Positions 57,993 to 64,000 of a DNA stretch of 64,000 bases are shown here, one piece after another; within the stretch, counting starts at the first letter, position 1; each line of letters begins with the position of its first letter. The position numbers were made by a program, and so were the translations under genes. Origin of the DNA: Myxococcota bacterium (GTDB lineage: Bacteria > Myxococcota_A > UBA9160 > UBA6930); contig JANQFK010000022.1 of the NCBI GenBank assembly GCA_028277885.1, positions 176,052 through 240,051 on the forward strand, written 5' to 3'. Below the pieces are notes generated by a model, which saw nothing but the letters and a program-made list of their open reading frames with translations, ran no database searches and had not been told where the DNA came from.

Positions 57993-59135
57993 CTAGTTGG
58001 TGATCAGGAACGGACGACCGGGCGCCGACAGCGGCCCATCGCCCGGCGGCGGGCTCGCCGGCGGGGGCGTGGCGCCGCCGAAGCCCATGGCGGCGCACGA
58101 GGCCGGCTCGGAGCCGGAGGTCGCGTGGATGTTGTCCTGGTAGATGTACGCCGTCGACGGACCCTGGTACGTGTTGTTGTGGTAGTTGTTGAACACGAAG
58201 CGGTCCAGCGGACCCGTGCCGTCGCGCAGCCCGGTCAGGTTCGCCCCCTCGACGTGGATCAGCAGCCGGTCGTTGTGCCAGACGCGGATGCGCGCGTTCG
58301 AGGTGCCCCAGCCGTCGATGTGGAAGGAGCGGCAGCCCCAGGACCCGATGGGGTGGTCGGACTCGGAGTAGTCCGAGGCCAGGGGCGACAGGTGGAAGGT
58401 GTTGTTCGAGCCCTGGACGCCCCGCAGCACCGTGCCGAAGCAGCTGCCGCCGGCGCAGTTGCCGTCGGGGACCCCGATGCTCATGGCGCGCGGCATCCAG
58501 CTCGACATGGCGGGCGGCGGGTTGGGCGACATCGGGGCGTTGCCCCAGATGTTGTTGGTGTTGCAGCCGAGCAGGCAGTGCAGGCCGTTGCCGAACTCGT
58601 TGGTCTTGATCGGACCGCCGCGGTTCACGAAGTTCGACGAGTACTTGTACACGTAGGTGTACCCGATCGTCCGGGAGGCGCGGGAGAAGCGCGCGTCGCC
58701 GAGCAGGCCGCCGTAGCGACCGGGGCGGAACTTCAGGCCGAGGGCGTTGTTGCCGTCGAACACGCAGTCGCCGTCGGGGCTGTCGCAGGCGCCGGGCTGC
58801 ACCACGTTCACGCACTTGAAGCCCTCGGCGCCCTCGACGTTGCGGCTGCCCTGGGCGGCGCTCCAGCACTCGTTGGTCTGGCCGCCGTACTTCTGGAACC
58901 AGCCGCTGTCGCCCTTGTCGCCGCCCTGGGGCCCGCGGCTGAAGTTCAGCGACGGGTCCTCGAAGTCCTCGCAGAAGAGGACGTTCGGGTCGTAGAGGGC
59001 GTCCTGGGGGTTCTGGACCCGGTCGCAGTAGCAGTTCTGGCCGGCCGTACACGGAGCGGCGCCGGCGGCGTCGGCCGCGAAGAGCGCGGCCACGGCCGTC
59101 AGGAGCAAGGCGCCGGGGAGCGAGGCGAGACGCAT
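57993..59135 (-). CDS. secreted Cys-rich protein, concanavalin-like / polysaccharide-lyase-like fold (family uncertain)
   Basis: Track ORF 57993..60734 trimmed to ATG 59135, preceded by GGAAGGG. Signal peptide MRLASLPGALLLTAVAALFAADAAGA. Lower GC. Motifs SFHIDGWGTSNARIRVWHNDRLL and FVFNNYHNNTYQG..YIYQDNIH. Confidence 0.8.
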   Translation of the reverse strand: MRLASLPGALLLTAVAALFAADAAGAAPCTAGQNCYCDRVQNPQDALYDPNVLFCEDFEDPSLNFSRGPQGGDKGDSGWFQKYGGQTNECWSAAQGSRNVEGAEGFKCVNVVQPGACDSPDGDCVFDGNNALGLKFRPGRYGGLLGDARFSRASRTIGYTYVYKYSSNFVNRGGPIKTNEFGNGLHCLLGCNTNNIWGNAPMSPNPPPAMSSWMPRAMSIGVPDGNCAGGSCFGTVLRGVQGSNNTFHLSPLASDYSESDHPIGSWGCRSFHIDGWGTSNARIRVWHNDRLLIHVEGANLTGLRDGTGPLDRFVFNNYHNNTYQGPSTAYIYQDNIHATSGSEPASCAAMGFGGATPPPASPPPGDGPLSAPGRPFLITN

Positions 59136-59236
59136 GAGATGAGCCCTTCCGATCGTACGCCGGAGGGATCGAGTCCCCCCGGCTCTCGAGACGGCCGGAG
59201 GATCGGTGGAGAAGCCCACAACCTCTGTGATGGGGG

Positions 59237-60637
59237 TCACCCCGCACCCCTTTCTGCGCGGTCCTGAGGGGTTCTTCCGACCGAAGGCCCCCCGCGAGGG
59301 GCCGGCAACGCCCGGATCAGCCGGAGCTTGCCCGAAGCCTCGCGCTCCAGCCCGCCCACGGTCTCGGTGGCCACCTCGAAGCGCTCCCCGCTCTCCCGGG
59401 CGAGGCGCCGGGCCAGGGTGGCGCCGTCCTCCTCCCGGTACCCGGGCCCGGGCACGATCCGCACCCGGAGCCGGTCCGGGCGCTCCTGGACGAACTGGGC
59501 CTGGAGGATCGGCATCCCGGCGTCTCGGGCCTCCTCGAGGTGGTAGAGGAAGAACTCGCCGTGGAAGCGCCGGCCGTCGGCGGCCTCGACGAAGTCGTAG
59601 GCCCGTCCGAACACCTCCCGGAAGGCCGGCAGCCCGCGGCCGCAGGCGCAGCCCGCGGCGGGCACCACCCGGTCTCCCACGTCGTATCGCAACAACGGCG
59701 TGGCGCGATTGTGAAGATCCGTCAACACGAGGCGGTGGGCGTCGGGCCGGCTCTCGGTGGGGTCGGGGATCAGCTCCACCCAGAGGTTCTCGGCCATCAG
59801 GTGCAGGGTTCCCCGCTCGCACTCGTACAGGATCGCCCCGACCTCGCCGCAGCCGTACTCGTTGTAGACCGGTGCGCCGAAGGCGGCGCAGATCCGCTCG
59901 CGGTCGCCCGGGGCCAGCACCTCGGAGGTGGTCACCACGGCGCCCACGCCGAGGGCCTCGAGGGGCAGCTTCTCCTCGCGACAGAAGTCGGCGAACTGCA
60001 CCAGCATGGAGACGTAGCCGTAGGCCCAGGCCGGTCGGCTCTCGACCAGACGCCGGTAGTAGCCGCGCAGGTCCTCCCGCGAGAACGCGAAGGCGGAGAA
60101 GCGGTCGCGGTTCAGCACCCAGTCGATGGCGCGGAAGCGCAGCCGCGCCCGGGCGCCGAGGGCCGTGCCCCAGAAGCGCGCCTGGCGGTCGCCGGGACGC
60201 ACGCCGTACCAGCCGTAGCTGCGCCAGGAGGCGGCCTGCTCGGCCGCCGTGGCGCTGCGGTCCTTCTTGAGCCGCACCGGGACGCCCAGGGAGCCGCCCG
60301 TGGTCTTCCAGCTGTAGGTGCCGGGCCAGCGGGCCACGTCGATGGCGGCGGCGTGCTCGACGAGATCCGGCTTGGTGAGCAGCGGGAGCCGCGTGAGGTC
60401 CCCGGCGTCGGCGCGCTCGGCGTCGAGGCCGGCCTCGCGTCCCAGGGCGGCGTAGTGGCGGCTGTGGCGCAGGGCGTGGCGCAGGATGCGCCCGAGGGCG
60501 TCCTCCTGGAGCCGGCGCAGCTCGGCCTCGCTCCACCACTGGGAGGCCTCGTAGCGCCGCAGCAGCCCGAACACCCGCTCGCCCCGCAGCCAGGTCGCGG
60601 GGCGGTAGACGAGGTTGCGGGCCAGCCACGCGTTCAC
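59237..60637 (-). CDS. adenylate-forming enzyme, PaaK/CapK (F390-synthetase-like) family
   Basis: Track ORF 59237..61558 trimmed to GTG 60637 (GTGA overlap). Motifs SWKTTGGSLGVP, YNEYGCGE, RYDVGD and SGKLRLI. Confidence 0.85.
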   Translation of the reverse strand: MNAWLARNLVYRPATWLRGERVFGLLRRYEASQWWSEAELRRLQEDALGRILRHALRHSRHYAALGREAGLDAERADAGDLTRLPLLTKPDLVEHAAAIDVARWPGTYSWKTTGGSLGVPVRLKKDRSATAAEQAASWRSYGWYGVRPGDRQARFWGTALGARARLRFRAIDWVLNRDRFSAFAFSREDLRGYYRRLVESRPAWAYGYVSMLVQFADFCREEKLPLEALGVGAVVTTSEVLAPGDRERICAAFGAPVYNEYGCGEVGAILYECERGTLHLMAENLWVELIPDPTESRPDAHRLVLTDLHNRATPLLRYDVGDRVVPAAGCACGRGLPAFREVFGRAYDFVEAADGRRFHGEFFLYHLEEARDAGMPILQAQFVQERPDRLRVRIVPGPGYREEDGATLARRLARESGERFEVATETVGGLEREASGKLRLIRALPAPRGGPSVGRTPQDRAERGAG

Positions 60638-61812
60638 GGGCTCTCCACGGCGCGGACCAGCCGCTCGGCGTCGTAGCGCCACGCGTAGGTGGTCTCGGCG
60701 GCCTTGCGGGCGCGCTCGCGCATCTCGCGGGCACCCACGGGATCGTCGAGGACGGCGGCCACCGCCCGCGCCAGGTCGCCCGGGTCGCCGCCGCGGAAGG
60801 TCCGGCCGGAGCCCGTCTCCTCGAGGACGCGCACCATGGGCGGGGCGTCGCTCGCCACCACGGGGAGCCCCACCGCCATGTACTCGAAGAGCTTGTTGGC
60901 GAGGGTGTGGTCGATGTGGGAGCAGCGATGGAAGGGCAGCAGGCCGACGTCCGCGGCGGCCCACAGGGCGGGGAGATCCTCGTAGGGGCGCGCGCCCGCC
61001 AGGCGCACCCGCGCCTCCAGGCCCAGCCGGCGCCGGCTCTCCTCGAGGGCGCGCCGCACCTTGCCGTCTCCGACGATCAGCAGCGACGCCTCGCGTCCGG
61101 TCTCGAGCAGGCGCGCCAGGGCCTGCATCGCCACCTCGAGCCCGCGGTCGCCGGCCAGGATGCCGGTGAAGAGCAGGCAGGCCGCGTCGGCATCGGGCTC
61201 GACGGCGAGGGGCCGCTCCGCCAGCCGGCGGACGCGATCGAGCTCCGGCGTGTTGCGCACCAGGGTCCAGCGACCCTCGGGCAGGCCGCAGCGCTCGAGG
61301 CGCTCGCCGGCCTCCTCGGCCACCACCAGCACCCGGCTCGCCCGGCGCATCAGCCAGCGCTCCACCGCCTCGGCGAGGCGCGGGCTGCGCACCGTCGCGG
61401 CCACGCCGCGCACGTCGCCGAAGCGGCGCATGCTGCGCAGGGCCTCGGGGTAGGGCTCGGCCAGGTCCAGGATCGAGGGCACCCCGAGCCGCCGGGCCAG
61501 CCACACGCCGAGGGGCGCGAGGGGGAGGTCGCGCACCACGATCCGGTCCGGCCGGCACTCCCGGGCCGCGGCCACGGCGGCCGCCGCCCAGTGGGGCTGG
61601 AAGAAGAACGGCATGCCGATCAGCGGCTCGAGGGGGCCGGGGTGGGGCAGGCGGCGGATCTCGACACCTCCGAGCCGCTCCCGGCGCGGCCGTTTCTGGC
61701 GGTTGCGGGCCAGGAGGGTTACTTCATGACCAGCCCGCTCGAACGCGTGGAGAAACTTCTCCACGCGAACGTCCCAGGGGTAGTCGCCGTCGAAGATCTT
61801 CAGGATTCGCAT
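60634..61812 (-). CDS. GT4 glycosyltransferase
   Basis: Track ORF 60634..61893 trimmed to ATG 61812 (MRILKIFDGDYPWD). Motif NKLFEYMAVGLPVVAS. Confidence 0.9.
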   Translation of the reverse strand: MRILKIFDGDYPWDVRVEKFLHAFERAGHEVTLLARNRQKRPRRERLGGVEIRRLPHPGPLEPLIGMPFFFQPHWAAAAVAAARECRPDRIVVRDLPLAPLGVWLARRLGVPSILDLAEPYPEALRSMRRFGDVRGVAATVRSPRLAEAVERWLMRRASRVLVVAEEAGERLERCGLPEGRWTLVRNTPELDRVRRLAERPLAVEPDADAACLLFTGILAGDRGLEVAMQALARLLETGREASLLIVGDGKVRRALEESRRRLGLEARVRLAGARPYEDLPALWAAADVGLLPFHRCSHIDHTLANKLFEYMAVGLPVVASDAPPMVRVLEETGSGRTFRGGDPGDLARAVAAVLDDPVGAREMRERARKAAETTYAWRYDAERLVRAVESP

Positions 61813-61824
61813 CAGCGGACCGAT

Positions 61825-61840
61825 CGCTCGGGGGTCCCGG
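61825..61840 (+). repeat. conserved intergenic motif, weaker copy C (CGCTCGGGGGTCCCGG)
   Basis: Shares CGCT..CGGGGGTCCCG with copy A. Lies in the divergent gap, about 85 nt upstream of the SGNH start at 61923. Confidence 0.35.
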
Positions 61841-61922
61841 GCCCGGCTCCCGAAGCGCCCCGTGCGCCCGCGGGGAGGCCTGCCGGCGCCCATTGAGCGC
61901 GCCCCGAGCTACTGGATCGGAA

Positions 61923-63023
61923 ATGGCGGAGCAGAGTGAACCCCAATTCGGACTCGCCAAGTCGCTGCTCTACAGCTCCTTGCTCATCTTCCTGGTCTTC
62001 GGGCTGGCCGAGTGCTCGGTCCGGACCTGGGCCCACTACTACCGGGAGAGCGCCCAGAAGTTCGACCCGGAGGCCGGGACCTACGTGCTCGTCCCCGGTC
62101 GGCATCGCACCCCCCGCGGGGTCCTCGTCATCAATTCTAGGGGATTCGTGGGCGCCGAGCTGGAGCCCCCTGGGGACGATCTTTGGCGCGTCGTGGCCGT
62201 GGGCGACTCCTGCACCTTCGGCGGCGGCGACGACGTGGACACCTACCCCGCGATGCTGGACGTGCGCCTGGACGGCCGCGAGGCCCCGGGGCGGCGCTAC
62301 GAGGTGGTGAACCTCGGCATCTCCGGCCTCGACTCGGGCCTGGCCCTGCGGCGCTTCCGCAGCGAGGCCCCGCCCCTCGAGCCCGACGTGGTCACCATCT
62401 ATCTCGGCTGGAACGACCTGATGAAGTCGGACCCGCTCGGGCAGAGCCGCAGCAGCCGCTGGTCCGGCGCGGCGGGCCTGCTCGACCGGCTCTGGCTCGC
62501 GAAGGGCCTGCGCAAGCTGCTGTTCTTCCACGTGCGGCCGCGGCTGCGCCCGCCGGCCACCGGGCCCGAGAGCCGCACGGGCCGGTTCGCCGGCTTCCGC
62601 CCCGACGTCTACGAGGAGAACCTGACCACGCTCGTGGGCGAGGTGCGCGAGCTCGGCGCGCGACCGCTGCTCGTCACCCTGCCGACGGTGGTGCGCCCGG
62701 ACATGGACGTCGCCGCGCTCCGCGAGGCGCGCGTGGTGTTCCCGTACTTCCCCTCCGCCTACGCGGTGGGCGACTTCCTCGACCTGCTCGCCGCCTACAA
62801 CCGCGCCATCGAGCGCGTCGCCCTGGTGGAGCAGGTCCCGGTGGTGGACCTGGCGGCGCGCTTCGAGGAGCTTCCCGACCCTCGCCCCTACTTCTACGAC
62901 ACCATGCACACCAACAGCGACGGCATGGCGCGGATCGCGGCGGTCCTCGAGGAGGGCCTGGCGGCCGAGGGGCTCCTCGCACCGTCGGCCGCCCTGGCGC
63001 GCGACGCCCGGCACGCGGACTAG
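61923..63023 (+). CDS. SGNH/GDSL hydrolase
   Basis: Track ORF 61893..63023 trimmed to ATG 61923. N-terminal TM helix. Motifs AVGDSCTFG, NLGISGLDS, GWNDL and DTMHTN. Confidence 0.85.
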   Translation: MAEQSEPQFGLAKSLLYSSLLIFLVFGLAECSVRTWAHYYRESAQKFDPEAGTYVLVPGRHRTPRGVLVINSRGFVGAELEPPGDDLWRVVAVGDSCTFGGGDDVDTYPAMLDVRLDGREAPGRRYEVVNLGISGLDSGLALRRFRSEAPPLEPDVVTIYLGWNDLMKSDPLGQSRSSRWSGAAGLLDRLWLAKGLRKLLFFHVRPRLRPPATGPESRTGRFAGFRPDVYEENLTTLVGEVRELGARPLLVTLPTVVRPDMDVAALREARVVFPYFPSAYAVGDFLDLLAAYNRAIERVALVEQVPVVDLAARFEELPDPRPYFYDTMHTNSDGMARIAAVLEEGLAAEGLLAPSAALARDARHAD

Positions 63024-63028
63024 GCGCC

Positions 63029-64000
63029 GTGTGCGGAATCGCCGGAGTGCTCCACGCCGACCGCGACCATCCGGTCGGCGAGGCTCGCCTCGCCGGGATG
63101 GTGTCCCGCCTGCGCCACCGGGGGCCCGACGACGATGGCAGCTTCCGCGAGGGCCCGTGCGGCCTGGTGCACACGCGCCTCGCGGTGCTGGACCCGACGC
63201 CCCGCGCCCACCAGCCCATGGCGAGCGCCGACGGACGCTTCGTCCTCACCTACAACGGCGAGATCTACAACTTCCGGGAGCTGCGCGACGAGCTGCGCGC
63301 AGCGGGCCACGAGTTCCGCACCGGGAGCGACACCGAGGTGATCCTCGAGCTGGCGAGCCGCGGCGGAGCCGCCGCGCTGGAGCGCCTCGAGGGCATGTTC
63401 GCCTTCGCGCTCTACGACCGCGAGCTCGGCGAGCTGATGCTGGTGCGCGACCGCACCGGCATCAAGCCGCTGTTCTGGGTCCAGGACGAGGAGGGGATCG
63501 AGTTCGCCTCGGAGCCCAAGGCCCTGGCGCGGGGCGCCCGGGGCGCATCCCCGGACGCCGCGCGCATCGCCGAGTACCTGGCCTTCCGGCACCTCGCCGA
63601 GGAGGAGTGCCTGGCGCCGGGCGTGCGCACCCTGCCGCCCGGCCACCGGCTGGTGACGAACGGCCGCAAGCGCGTCGTCGAGGCCTGGTGGAGGCCGGAC
63701 TTCGCGGGCCGCGCCGACGGCCGGGACACCGATGCGATCGTGGCCCGGGCCGTGGAGCGGCAGCTCGTGAGCGACGTGCCCGTGGGCACGTTCCTCTCCG
63801 GGGGCGTCGACTCGGCGCTGGTGACCGCGGCGGCGAGCGAGGTCCTGGACGGGCTCGACACCTTCACCGTGGGCTTCCCGGATCCCGAGTGGGACGAGAC
63901 CTCCCGGGCGGCCCACGTCTCCGGGCGTCTCGGCGTGCGGGCCCACGTGATCGGACTGGAGCCCGCGGAGTACGTCGCCGCCCTGGGCGAGGCGGTCTGG
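63029..64000 (+). CDS. asparagine synthase (glutamine-hydrolysing)-family amidotransferase, N-terminal part (runs off right edge)
   Basis: Not in the track because there is no stop in the window. GTG 63029 is followed by CGIAG (N-terminal nucleophile Cys). Motifs HRGPDD, YNGEIYNFRELR, SDTEV and LSGGVDSA. Confidence 0.9.
   Translation, partial: MCGIAGVLHADRDHPVGEARLAGMVSRLRHRGPDDDGSFREGPCGLVHTRLAVLDPTPRAHQPMASADGRFVLTYNGEIYNFRELRDELRAAGHEFRTGSDTEVILELASRGGAAALERLEGMFAFALYDRELGELMLVRDRTGIKPLFWVQDEEGIEFASEPKALARGARGASPDAARIAEYLAFRHLAEEECLAPGVRTLPPGHRLVTNGRKRVVEAWWRPDFAGRADGRDTDAIVARAVERQLVSDVPVGTFLSGGVDSALVTAAASEVLDGLDTFTVGFPDPEWDETSRAAHVSGRLGVRAHVIGLEPAEYVAALGEAVW

Noticed and set aside
57993-59135. 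PEP-CTERM-type sorting signals at the C-termini of the secreted proteins (9368-11245, 21890-22513, 57993-59135).
   Set aside because: The C-termini read ...ISLFLDLTPAP*, ...LDLVQFGLR* and ...GRPFLITN*. None has the PEP motif followed by a TM helix and a basic tail.
59160-59182. Imperfect hairpin CCGGAGGGA-TCGAG-TCCCCCCGG between the ligase stop and the lyase-like gene start.
   Set aside because: It has one mismatch and no U-tract, and its role is ambiguous (terminator versus leader structure). Noted but not called as a feature.

Overview
This is a 64-kb window of very GC-rich bacterial chromosome (roughly 70% or more by eye, with third codon positions close to saturated). It is almost entirely coding: about 55 CDS on both strands, many joined by 4-nt ATGA/GTGA start-stop overlaps. 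I found no rRNA, tRNA, CRISPR array, transposase, integrase or phage genes. Because of the GC content, most long ORFs in the six-frame track are Arg/Pro/Gly/Ala-rich frame shadows. I kept only frames with protein-like composition, strong GC3 bias and recognisable motifs, and trimmed several track ORFs to internal ATG/GTG starts, so start codons are the least certain part of each call. The window is one large cell-envelope glycan / exopolysaccharide locus. It encodes four GT4 and three GT2 glycosyltransferases, five GT-C-like polytopic membrane proteins, two Wzx-type flippases, four SGNH hydrolases, three deacetylases and three FemAB/CelD-type GNAT-fold enzymes. It also encodes an MBOAT, a sulfotransferase, two alkaline-phosphatase-superfamily enzymes, manA, a DegT-like aminotransferase, a CapK/PaaK-like ligase, an AsnB-type amidotransferase and a LMW tyrosine phosphatase. 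Most interesting part 1: a single-module reducing PKS (KS-AT-KR-DH) ends in a vestigial adenylation C-subdomain plus a PCP-type carrier and is followed by two unusual alpha/beta hydrolases (GxRxG and GxCxG elbows). It sits among genes typical of exosortase (EpsH/XrtA) systems: EpsI, a CPBP/CAAX protease, FemAB-like enzymes, WalW-type deacetylase and AsnB. The only exosortase-like membrane protein seems to lack the catalytic Cys. I interpret this as a possibly undescribed variant in which a PKS replaces the acyl-CoA ligase/ACP pair. Most interesting part 2: an unannotated about 51-codon ORF ending in FIYVAF* (DltX-like FxYxxF tail) precedes an SGNH and an MBOAT gene. Other notable items are a BPI/TULIP-like lipoprotein and a conserved intergenic motif upstream of three plus-strand operons. 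The host is probably a high-GC Gram-negative, perhaps Myxococcota-like, but that is inference only. All family assignments come from motif recognition by eye and need HMM or structure searches.
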